In this document: positions 47,517 through 58,341 of the stretch, one piece after another
Numbering within the stretch: position 1 is the first letter of the stretch
Layout: each line of letters opens with the position of its first letter
Source of the DNA: Psammoneis japonica
Taxonomy: Eukaryota
Assembly: GCA_008632985.1 (NCBI GenBank)
Contig: QPGO01000071.1
Coordinates: 1-64,000, forward strand
Length of the DNA stretch: 64,000 nucleotides
Direction: 5' to 3'
Notes under the pieces: generated by a model
Database searches by the model: none
Told to the model about the DNA's origin: nothing
Seen by the model: the letters and a program-made list of their open reading frames with translations, nothing else
Translations under genes and position numbers: made by a program

Positions 47517-49505
47517 CACGGTGCTAATCTCAGCGACATAGTATCGTAGAAATATGTTCTTTGTACCAGAAGCATATATCTATGAATAATATATTGCGCT
47601 GGCAGCGCTGCCGACAGATTTCTCTTTTTTCCCACACTTCACCGTGACGAAAAAAATGGTGAGTCGCCGTTGCTTTCGACGATGTCGTTTGCCAGAAGTG
47701 ATGAGTACGAGTGTGATGTTTTGACAAATTATTGCTAATCAACGTCAATACTAACGACATTGCTAAAAACATCACACTCGCACTCATCAGGAGACCGTTT
47801 TTGGACGATGCTGCTGTTGGCACCGCTGCAAAGCAAAATGGCACGTGCCGTTGCTTTCGACGATGTCGTTTGCCAGAAGTAATGAGTACGAGTGTGATGT
47901 TTTGACAAATTATTGCTAATCAACGTCAATGCTAACGACATTGCTAAAAACATCACACTCGCACTCATCAGGAGACCGTTTTTGGACGATGCTGCTGTTG
48001 GCACCGCTGCAAAGCAAAATGGTGCGTGCAGCTGCTGTTGATGATGTAGTTTGCCGAAAATAATACGTATGAGGACTATGTTTTGATGAAACATTGGCGT
48101 TCAATGTCAATGCTAAATGCACATGTAAAAACATCGCTCTCGCATTGTTCAGGAGACCGCTTTGTGACGACCCTGCTGTTGGCTGTTGACACCGCGGCAA
48201 AAGTTTCAGCATGTTCCCTCGGCGAGTCAAAAGTTAGGAACACTCGTTGCTTGTTCACTTTGGCTGTCACAGTCAGCTCTCGCGCTGTCTTGTAGATGTG
48301 CAGGAATGGAAAAAGGTGTTCACGAAGCGCGTTGCCATTTGGTGGTGGCTTTGATGCGCCCAGACCAGTCCATCTCGTCGTTTTTCAGCATGTTCCCTCC
48401 ACCGAGTCAACAGGTGAGAACACTCGCAGTGCTTTCACTTTAGCTCATGTAGTCATCTCTCACATTGTCCAACACATTTAGAGGCCCTCTGATGGTCTGT
48501 CCCGTCTCTTCCGTTCGCCGTCGGCAGTTTTCGGAAGGTTCGCTGCTTCAGTGCGTCATTCCTGTTGCTCTCTTTGCACCTGATTAGCTTGACATTTGCT
48601 GCAAATGACATGTCAACAATCTATAAAAAATAACTGTGTTGCACTGGGTTTAGAAGTTCTTCAGACAGTAGGAGTGACTAGCCACCCCCTGACCTTGACG
48701 ACCAAGTGCGCCCAAAAATGCCAAGTTCCGGCCTCTCCTTGCGCCACCAAGGTCGCAAATTGTAACAAATCAAACATTTATCTCGTCATGACAATCCAAA
48801 ACAATGTTGGATGCACTGTCACAACATTCTACACCGTTCCTAGCCCCACAAGCGACCGGCAACTGCCGACCGAGGACCAAAGCTCGAAACAAAAATGTTG
48901 TGTTCCGGCCTCTCATTGCACCACCAAGACCGCATGTTGAAATGACTCAAGCACATGTCTCGTCATGACGACCCAAAGCAACACTCGATGCCCTGTTACA
49001 GGTTTCTTAATCGTTTCTAGCCCCACAAGCAACCGGCAACTAGCGACCGGAGAAAACAAAAAGCCGCGCCATGTCCATCAAAATGCCAAAGAAACACAAA
49101 ACCTTTAGAAGATGCTAACAAAACAACAACACCATCACACTCTTCGTATTCGAATTACCTTGTACCAATGCTATTGACGCCAGAACATCGTCCCACTGAA
49201 GTCCGATTTATGAATAGAGCGAAGTTGCGGAGAAAACAAAAAATCACCCTGTCCGTCTAAATGCCAAAGAAACACAAAACCTTTGGAAGACACCAACAAA
49301 AAACCAGCTCCATCATACTCATTATATTCGAATTACCTTGCATCAATGCTCTTAACCCTGTTATATTTTCCCAGTGACGGTGTATTCATGAACGCCGTGC
49401 CGCCATGGTGTTTTATTCTCGCCTTTTTCGCGAGTCCAGACACTCTTTGAGGTTATGGGCTTAAACCATACTGTGTCGCTTCGCGCGTAGAAAAAAAGCA
49501 CCGTG
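47517..49505. mobile_element. ~2-kb non-autonomous CAC...GTG element (Chapaev/CMC-like) with a 4-bp TSD (ATTT)
   Basis: Starts CACGGTGCT and ends AGCACCGTG. Subterminal inverted match AGCGACATAGTAT / ATACTGTGTCGCT. ATTT at 47513-16 and 49506-09. No transposase ORF. Confidence 0.55.
47666..49350. repeat. Four successive families of ~177-181-bp tandem repeats
   Basis: Units start at 47666/47847/48028, ~48206/48387, ~48725/48902 and 49051/49231. Confidence 0.85.
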
Positions 49506-49514
49506 ATTTTGGAT

Positions 49515-49830
49515 CACTCTCCATCGTGAGTCTATGCGTCGACCGTTCTTCGCGCGCGCTCGCACGCACACGAAGGTCTCCTCATAGACTCTCGCGGAAG
49601 TCAGACGGACGGTTTGTTACGATGCCTCCGGAATCCCCGTATGTTTCTACATACGCAAAAAACTTTTCTACGGAGAATTCTACACGAAACATACCAGGAG
49701 GGCACGGTAACAAATCGCCTACATACGACCCTGGTACATCGTCCGTCTTACTTCCGCGAGAGTCTATGAGGAGACTTCGGGTGTGCGCGCACACGACAAC
49801 GGTCGACGCATAGACTCACGATGGAGAGTG
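49515..49830. mobile_element. 316-bp MITE with long TIRs and a 9-bp TSD (Mutator-like)
   Basis: CACTCTCCATCGTGAGTCTATGCGTCGACCGTT ... AACGGTCGACGCATAGACTCACGATGGAGAGTG, with an inner inverted match to ~95 bp. ATTTTGGAT at 49506-14 and 49831-39. Confidence 0.92.
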
Positions 49831-49873
49831 ATTTTGGATTTGTGGGGCCTCACGATGAAACACACTTCGGACC

Positions 49874-50869
49874 ATGACGATGTTGTCGTCAATCACCCGA
49901 AGGCTGGCGACTGTCACACTCCATCATCATCCCTCTGCTCTAAGTACAGTGTTAGGGACTTCATACAGTCACGTCGTGCGGCAACCTCAAGCTCTCGTGG
50001 GGTTACGATACAAGACTGGAGGTGGCAAGAACAAGAAGAAGAGCAGCAAGAAACCAGAGGTATGATATACTATACGTGTAAGCTAACACACTGATTTGAT
50101 GATTCAGATCATCTCACCAATTTCTTTATTTTCCTCTTTTTTAATTTTTTTCAGAAAACTGCTTCTACTGATCCTACTCCAGAAGAGGAGGACCGTCCGA
50201 ATCTGCTTCAACAAGAATGGGTGGAATTGCAAAAGTCCATTGCAGTCGAAGGTTTCGACACGGGCCAGATCACCACGGCGACAGCCATAAAGAAGCAAAG
50301 GGGTGGCAAACAGATGCGTCGTAAACGTGAAAAGGAAGCGGAACTTGCAAAAACTGCTCTAGATCGTGAACGAGCATTGTCAGATGTGAGTTGACTGTGT
50401 ACAATAATGAACTTTTTGATCAACTGAGAAGCGTTGAGATGATGTTGTCTGAGTTTTTTTCTTTGCTTCTTTATTTCTAATTATTTCATCCTTCTTTTAG
50501 TTGGGTGGCGGTCAATTCCCTCCGTTGCGGTATTCGGATGAAGAGACGGAACGATTGTTGGCTCTAGCCTATGCCGCAATTCCGGAGCGCGGAGGCAAGC
50601 GTGGCACGAGAAATTTGAAGCGACAAAGGCTTCGTTGGTTTCGGGTGCGAAAGGCACGTGCCAAGCAAAAGCGGGAACGAATCATGGCTCATGAACGCCG
50701 CATGGCCAAGCGGTCTCGTATCGTTCGGGAGGTGATGCAAGTCAAGGAGGAGGCGGCAGACATTCGGGCCAGGGACAAGGCCTATCAAGAAGAAGTACTC
50801 AAACGATGGGCCGAGAACATGACGAGTGCGAGTAATGAATCGACTGCACTGTCGAATCGAAAGTTGTAG
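49874..50869 (+). CDS. Basic, probably mitochondrion-targeted hypothetical protein; exons 49874-50059, 50155-50385, 50501-50869
   Basis: Canonical introns join in frame. Arg/Ser-rich presequence-like N-terminus and a very basic C-terminal helix. Confidence 0.7.
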
Positions 50870-50944
50870 AGGAAAAACCGTCTATTTAAACTGACAAAGT
50901 ATCACTTGGCTTTGTCCTTTTTATGAGAAAGTTTAGCGCAGTGC

Positions 50945-52460
50945 TTACTTTGCCATGAGTTGGGCACGGCCTAGAATTTGCAGAGCGCGATTGGCCTCTC
51001 TCGCCAAAAGGTCGTGACGCTCCGTTTCATGTGCTTTTTCTAATGCTCCCCATACACTGGCCTCTTCGTTTTGCAGCTGAGCCTTGGCGTTGTCACTGAA
51101 TTCAATCAATACCCTGAGGCATACAGTAGCAAGGGCCGCTTCATGAGGTGAGGCTGGTTCTGTCTCAATTGCGGCCGTGGTTGATCGGCTGGCACAACCA
51201 ACAACGTCCTGTACAAGGGCCATAAGGAGATCGCTACTTGTAAGTCGCGAAAACTGTCTTGAGTTCAGTATGTTTGGGTCTTCTCTGGACACGACCAAAA
51301 GGGAGTTTGCCAGAGCACGAAGTGCAAGCGATCGAAGAATTCTTCCGTAATGAGCACCCTCCTCAAAGGCAAAGGTAGATCCGTCACCACCAGCTATGTT
51401 GTTGTTTGGCCGAGAGCTAGAATCGACAGCGTTCACAGAATCTGGCTCGTTGGGGAATTTGCAGTCTTGAAGCAGATTGAAAACGAAGGAATGCACATAA
51501 CTTGCGCTTGTATTTTGGTGCGACGACCCCAACACAGCCATGGCGGCAGTCATTGAAGTTGGGACACCCGAAGATCGCGTATCTGTCAAACATATAATAC
51601 TCTCCATCCCAAGTTGCTGCGCTTCCACCCTGTCCTTCTTCAAAAGGGTCGCCGCGTGTTCGAACCCGACAATAACTTTTTTCTCCGGGGAAGAGTCGAT
51701 TAGCGTGGTTTCTGATACAGCTTGCCTTTTCAGTCTTGGTTGATCAACCTTAAGACGATCATTTGAAGGAACGCGTTCAAGTCGAGGAAACTCCCATGGA
51801 GCGGTACGGATAGTTTGTCTGTCGTCTTTGCCGCTTCCCTTTCCCATTGCCGCATTCAAAACTGCGCGGCAGGTCCAATGAAACGAAATGACGTCTCCCC
51901 TTATGCGCAACATTCAACGAGAACGGTACGACTCATGTCGGGTGCTTCTACATTTGATTCAGAGCCCAAAGTTACTGGGCCGCCACGGAACAAGTGAATA
52001 TTGAAACGAACGCCATCGACAGACGTGCATGTCGCCGTATTCTGTGTAAGAAAAAATTTTTGTTGAGCAAAACTGTCAGAATGAACAAGTTTGACACCGT
52101 CACCCAAACCGCACGTCTCAAAAGGATAGCACGTACCGTTTCGTCATCGTACTCAGCCGCAATGTTGCGCCTCCTGAGGCAATCTGAGATTCTCTCGGCC
52201 ACAACGGACGGCGTGGATTTAACTTGTGCTGTACAATGCGCGTCGATGGGTGGATAGAAAGGGGGGATAGACTTGAGACTTTCATCAGACACATGCCACG
52301 GTGCGTGGACATTGCTGATTATGTTTGGATGTTGAGAAGCGCTGCTTGAACCGCGCAATCTTCGCAAAAGACTGGGACGTTTCAAGCTGCTGTTGCTGTT
52401 TTGTTTCGGCATGTTGTTTGATGAACGTGAAAATTGTGTGTTCGACTTGGAATGATGCAA
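50945..52460 (-). CDS. Hypothetical protein (KA1-like region plus helical C-terminus); one intron and one frame break near 51910
   Basis: Consecutive ORFs 51972-52460, 51901-52107 and 50945-51913 can be joined by a GT-AG intron (~52052-52137) and a 1-nt shift. Confidence 0.6.
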
Positions 52461-53124
52461 GAAAATTGAGATTGTGATTGCGCTCGAGCAAAGCCGGGAT
52501 TGTGATCATTCAACGAACACCTCCGATTGAGTTGTTTCGATATTATGCGGGAAGATACCTTTTTTGGGATGGACGACCCGTGTCACGACCAACGCTCGTA
52601 ACGCAATCCAAACAGCCGATCAAATTCCTCGCCACGACTCACGAAACTGCCAAGACTGAACTAAACTATCCCCATGTCTAAATAACTTTATTTGGTGCGC
52701 GGCGGGACTGACCGTCCGTTTGGCTTTTGTTTGAGTTGGATGCAGATTTCCCAAGCAGGAAATGCAGTCCACTCTCTAGCTAGCTAGGGCCCTATGCCTT
52801 TGCGAGTCTAGAGTACCTCCTATCTCCAATGATTGTTGCTTGCTGCCCATAGGGCTTAGGGCTACAGCCCAAATGACGCCCTCCCCCTCCCCGAATACCG
52901 TACGATGGGTGCTCGGACTTGTGTCCGCCGCTGTTGTTCAACACGAGGAATCGGGAATCTCGGCTATCCGGAATCTTTTAGAGACGAGTTACGGGTTCCC
53001 CTGCGTCTTATTTTTTGCGTCTTGCATCTTCGGCAGATGATGAATAATGATGGATGTCGGTCAATGGTAAAGGCATTTCTGCAATACCGTAGTGCTCTTG
53101 TCCATCCGTGAAGTTGATTGAATA

Positions 53125-53539
53125 ATGAGAAGTGTTGTCTTCAGCTTGATCCTATTGTCTCAGTGGGGGCTCTTGTTGACTGCGGGTGAAAGACATTTCT
53201 GTTTAAAGCCAACCGCATTCGTGTCGACCCGCTTCCCCAACAAAGCAACAGTACAGTCCGTTGCAAAATGCGGCTTACAATTGAGACGAGAAGACAGTAT
53301 CTCTTTTCGAGAAGTCAATCAAAGATACTGTGGGAGACATGGATCAAGCTGAGGATGATGTTCCGCTTATTCTTGAATCCATGGAACCTGTAACTTTCAT
53401 GGGGCTTTCACCAAAAGGAGAGGTGGATCCTTTTGACGTTCCGCCGTTTGTCGGCACTATTATTTTGATTGCAAGCATATACTTTAGCGTGGCTGTCTTC
53501 TTCACGGACACTGACCCGTTTGCAAGTGGATTATTGTAA
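53125..53539 (+). CDS. Small signal-peptide protein with a C-terminal TM helix; frame break near 53330
   Basis: Signal-like N-terminus in ORF 53125-53352 and a TM segment in ORF 53330-53539. Confidence 0.45.
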
Positions 53540-53904
53540 GAGGGCATGCATCTCGCTTTTTGGGTGGATATTTGACGCAGTGCAGACCATCACAGATGAG
53601 GGAGGATAGGAGCGGAGCGAGACGCATTCGAGGATTTCGACATGAGACACCATAAAAGCTCGCATTGTGAAAAATAGTAGCTGCGAAGAGATGCTTATGC
53701 GTTTTATGTTAATTCTGCTTTTTCAAAACTACCTACGCTGTAGCAAACGAGGCAACGTCATGCAGATCAGATACGTATCACCACTTCTGGTCTACAGTTC
53801 ATTGTTAGCTCCCGTCAGAATATTATTCGCTACAGTATCTCTTGATGCTTACTTTATCTTGTACATATTGATATAAGATTACGGAATGAGAGCTCTACCC
53901 GTCT

Positions 53905-54645
53905 TTAAAACCTAAAAACTCCTCTATACGCCGCTTGTGATGCTTGCGAGAATAGGAACATTATCGCCATAAACAGGATCACAATACTGAAAGACCCCAG
54001 CATTACTCTCATACGAAGCAGCAGTTCAACTGGATCTTGGTCTTGAAATTCTGAAGTTTTCGCTGGCGGTATTCCAAGTCGCCTCGAGAGCACGGTGAGA
54101 AAGACCTGATGAAGCATCAACATGATGATTGTGTAAACAAGACCCCAAGCAGCATCAATAACCGCAGCGTCTTGAGGGTCGTTCATGTCAAAGACACCTT
54201 GAGAGTGATCCGATAGCTCAGGGACCGTCCACAGCAACCAAGATGATAGAAGCGCCAGTCCAACGAGCACCCAGCCAATGCATATGCTAAACCACAGCGA
54301 ATATCGAAGATACTTGTCGGTCATTTCGCGACGCCCAGCAGAAGCTTCTACATTTCCTATTGAAGCTTCGACAAGCTCTTTAGTGATGCCGGCCGCTTCA
54401 GGGTCGTCCATCTTCTCCTCTCTAGCATAACCGTCTTGGCGAGATGGGTTGTTGCAAGCGCGGTGGCGGGCAGCAACTTGGGTTTGCCTGTTCATCAAGT
54501 TTTGATTTTTGTCATCGAAGCGCCTGCGAAAAAGTGGTCTCATACCGTAGTTGTTGCAAGATTCACACCGATCAGACGAGGAATCTGTGGTTGAATTAAG
54601 TGTCAGCGACAGGTCCTGAGCAAAAACGCTCGAATATTGTTGCAA
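53905..54645 (-). CDS. Three-TM hypothetical membrane protein, paralog 1 (start uncertain)
   Basis: 'FDMNDPQDAAVIDAAWGLVYTIIML' is shared with the gene at 55425-56167. Confidence 0.65.
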   Translation of the reverse strand: MQQYSSVFAQDLSLTLNSTTDSSSDRCESCNNYGMRPLFRRRFDDKNQNLMNRQTQVAARHRACNNPSRQDGYAREEKMDDPEAAGITKELVEASIGNVEASAGRREMTDKYLRYSLWFSICIGWVLVGLALLSSWLLWTVPELSDHSQGVFDMNDPQDAAVIDAAWGLVYTIIMLMLHQVFLTVLSRRLGIPPAKTSEFQDQDPVELLLRMRVMLGSFSIVILFMAIMFLFSQASQAAYRGVFRF

Positions 54646-55424
54646 AGCAGTGAACTGAGGAGGTATTATTGTGGATTGTGGTGTTTTGTGGTTCGGCCTT
54701 TGAAAGAATGTCCATCATTTTGTTTCAATTATGCCCTCGATGATGATTTTGCTATTGCCTCATTGTCTCCTTTAAATCTTCTGCGTGGCGCCATTCCCGT
54801 ATTATTTAACAACAAAAAAGAATGACGGCGACAGGTACGAGTATGGATAGACAGGCAGACTGCGGGGGCGGGGACATGCTCTACTAGCTAGCTAGGGCCG
54901 TGTGTGTCGTCATATAGTTAGAATCTAAGTTTAACTACTCTACTCTAGAGAGTAGAAGTACTCTGTTCGTTAGCTAGAGATAGCAAATCTCTTACGAGCA
55001 AAACTGTATGACGAGCGAGTAGTTTGCCTATCGATGCTTCCCCCAGTACCTTCATCGAAAGTAGATACAAGTAATAGTGCATGACGGTAGTTCTAGCTAA
55101 ACCCTACTTTGTGCTGTAGAGGAGAGCAATACGTAGATAATTGAGGAAGGAAAGAATCTTGCTTTGCTTCGGGCGACCTTTTATTGAATAGTCGTGTGGT
55201 ACAAAAACAGAGTCGTTCTGGGAATGATCCAGTCAAACCAACGGCTGTGGTGGCTCAGAAGAATGTTTAGAGCGACGAATTAAACTTTTGGTTTGTTCCT
55301 GATAGTTTATAGGGCGAAAAAGAACACACTGTATAATCAATTGAGAGCCACTCTAGCTATAGGCGCACACGATGAATGCAGTTTTGTCCAACCGATTACT
55401 CGGAGAACCGGTAGTTTTTTTCGT

Positions 55425-56167
55425 CTAAATTACAGCCACGCTCCTGTCTTTCTCATTGTACGGAGATTCATATTCGCTGGAAGATGTAGTATCAAGGGCC
55501 AAATCGTCCATGGCGCTAAGTGGGAGAGGCATTTGGTCATCATGTACTCCTGATGACGCCGTTTTCGCTGTTGCCCAGTACCAACACAGCACGCTCCATG
55601 CACCAGAGAGCACAAGTGCGCCCCGAATTGTGCCTTTCGATGAAGACACACATTACACCCATAATAATACCACCATGGTGATTGCACCAAACGTAATACG
55701 GAGTCGCAGCAAGTATTGGAAATGGTCCACGGTTGCACGTGACATTCTTGGGACCATGGTGACTCGTCTCGCCATGGTTGACAAAAGCAATTGTTGCACA
55801 AAGAGCAACATGATTGTAAAGAGCAATCCCCATGCTGCGTTGATCAGTGCTACCACGCGGGGGTTATTCAAATCCAAAAACGCACCATCGTAGCGATCGT
55901 CGACGGGGAAGGTAATCAGTACAAACGATGATGCCAATGAAAGAGTCACAAGGATGGCACCGACGGCTGTACTGAACCAAAGCAGAGACAGAAGACACAA
56001 GGATTCGTCACTTGATGGTCTTTTTTGCTTTGATTGACTGTTCCGTTTCGGGAAGATTTTGTAGACATCGATGAATCTACCGGCCTCTGTGATTTTGTTG
56101 CATACTTCTTGGATTCGGTAGGCGGAGGTAAGCTATGCCTTTTTGATTTTGAGAAGAAAAACTTCAT
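55425..56167 (-). CDS. Hypothetical membrane protein, paralog 2, with apparent frameshifts
   Basis: 'FLDLNNPRVVALINAAWGLLFTIML'; coding sequence is spread over three frames. Confidence 0.55.
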
Positions 56168-56547
56168 GTTCAAATCATATGGGCGTTGCCAAGGGGCTGA
56201 TGGGTGGCAAATAGAGTCGACAAAGAGATTCACTGCGAGGTTGTCCTTAGGATGGATGGTCTCTGCAGGCAAAACAGGGCAAGATGATTTTTGTCAAGTT
56301 TCATGTGCGCATTGAAAAGTGCCACTCACATTTTTGGGTCATAATGTGGGTCATTCGGTCATTGGCCTTCGTTTTGGGTCATTTCTCACATAACGAATTA
56401 TCGGATTGCGCTCCCGTCACGTCATTATCTCACGAAATCGATTGACCGACCTCATCCAACACTCAAAAAATCGAAGAGAAAGGTATTCAGTAGCTAACCT
56501 GTGTGACAGCAACATCCATTTGCGGTTCAGTTGAAGAGATCGAAACA

Positions 56548-58289
56548 ATGACATCTTCAACAACGACCGCGGACGAGCCTCCGTCACAATGCTTCGGATT
56601 CTTCCGATGGTCTCGAACCAAAAATTATCGGTACTCCTTATTTTTACTATTGCTCGTTGCTGTCTTACTAGATGCAATCGACGACTGGAAAAGCTGGAAA
56701 GAATTCTTGCCCATGATGACCGAAACAACATCTCAAGATAGCATATGGTCGACATCGCGATGGTCCTCCTCGAAATCAGAGTTGCCGCGCCAAACCACCG
56801 TCGACGAGAACGATTCCGCTTCGCCGCTACTCCATCCCGGTCATTCACAGCTCACCGTCATTGAGAAACCTCCAGAAAATTTGAAAATGAAGAATGTCTC
56901 CAAACGGGGAAAGAAAAAACGAGGGAAAAATCTTCGAACTAGAGGTAACAACAAGGAAAGAAGAGAAAATAAGAAAAACTGGAAGAAATCTGACGACAAT
57001 TGGGCTACGAATCAAACTTCAATCAATACAAGTCAGGTCAGAAACGGTGACTCAAACAAGAGGCGTATTCCTGTAAAGAGAATAGTGTTGTTGGGGTCTC
57101 GAGGAAAATCGTTTGACGCCAAGAGCGGGCGAACGATGAAGTACGACATGTGGCAGGGAGGACGTGACGATAGCCACGTGTCATATGGTGGTCCCTCACC
57201 AAGCCTAACCAATCCGTATACACTAGATGGAAAGAGCGGAGAAGGCAAGTGCACGCCAGCAGCAGAGTGGCAAACAAAATTTAACCCAACGTGCAACGGG
57301 TTTCACGAGTTGGATTTTATTTTTGACAATGACGATGGAAGCGTAATGGACAGTGATCATTCCATGCAGCTCTTGGGAATCGGAACTTCTCGTGATACAT
57401 GGAAAGTGTTCAAGGACGACGATGTTGTGGTTATGAAAACTTTGCAAGAGACAAGAGATTTTACAGCCAAGATTTACTCTCATCAGATTGTAGACGCAGT
57501 GTCCTCCGAAAGGCTTTCTTCTTCGCCGTATGTGTTGGATATCTACGGCTTTTGTGGACCCCACGTCTTGAATGAATTGGGAAGGCCATTGGATGTAAAG
57601 AATGTGACAATGGCTGAAAAGCTTCGTTATGCCACCAACTTGGCCGCTGGAATGGCTGATACTCATGGCATTGACGGAACTTCCAATCCAAACATGGTTC
57701 ACGCAGACCTTCGTCACAACAACGTAATGTTTTCGTTTGAGACGGGTCTGTTAAAATTAAGTGACTACAATCAGGGATATTATCTCGGTTGGAACAAACA
57801 AAAAGACGAACAGTGTGGGTACAAACCGTCCTTTAGTTTCTGGCACGACCGTTTTGCAGCCCCGGAAGAATGTTATAGCGGCGTTCAAACCGAAAAGACT
57901 GACATTTATCATCTAGGCGGCATGATATTCTATCTGCTCACGGAGTATAAGGTGAGTTTTCTACTTTCGGGAAATGCCAAAATCCGATTTGTGCCTTTGC
58001 CCATGTGGCTCAACTCTTCTATTGACGTTGTGCCTGATAATAATACCAACAGCCGTACACATTCAACAAGGATGATTATTACGATCGAGAATCAAAAATG
58101 TCAAAGCAGAAGGGAGGAACAAAGCAGTGGGCTTTTCCCGAACTTCCGCCTCGGTATCAAAAGAGTTCTGATCCTACCGTCAAAACCATGCTCAAAGCCA
58201 TCGACATGTGCCTGCGATTCAAACCAGAGAATCGAGCGTCTGCAAAGCAAGTGTACCAGTTTCTGGACAAATCGCTCAATCGTTTTTGA
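56548..58289 (+). CDS. Type II membrane-anchored kinase-like protein (PKDCC/VLK-like); intron 57952-58052
   Basis: N-terminal TM, 'WQTKFNPTCNGFHE', 'VVMKT', 'VHADLRHNN', 'LSDYNQG', 'APEE', 'EKTDIYHLG'. Confidence 0.8.
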
Positions 58290-58341
58290 AAAGCAGCAGC
58301 AACAAAAGCAGCAGTAATACCATACTGTAACGAACTATTTT

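Noticed and set aside
47666..48200. CRISPR-like array
   Set aside because: Whole 181-bp units are repeated with no unique spacers, there are no cas genes, and the context is eukaryotic.
56330..56385. Four GGTCAT repeats in a divergent promoter as a regulatory element
   Set aside because: Too short to assign a factor or distinguish from chance without genome-wide statistics.
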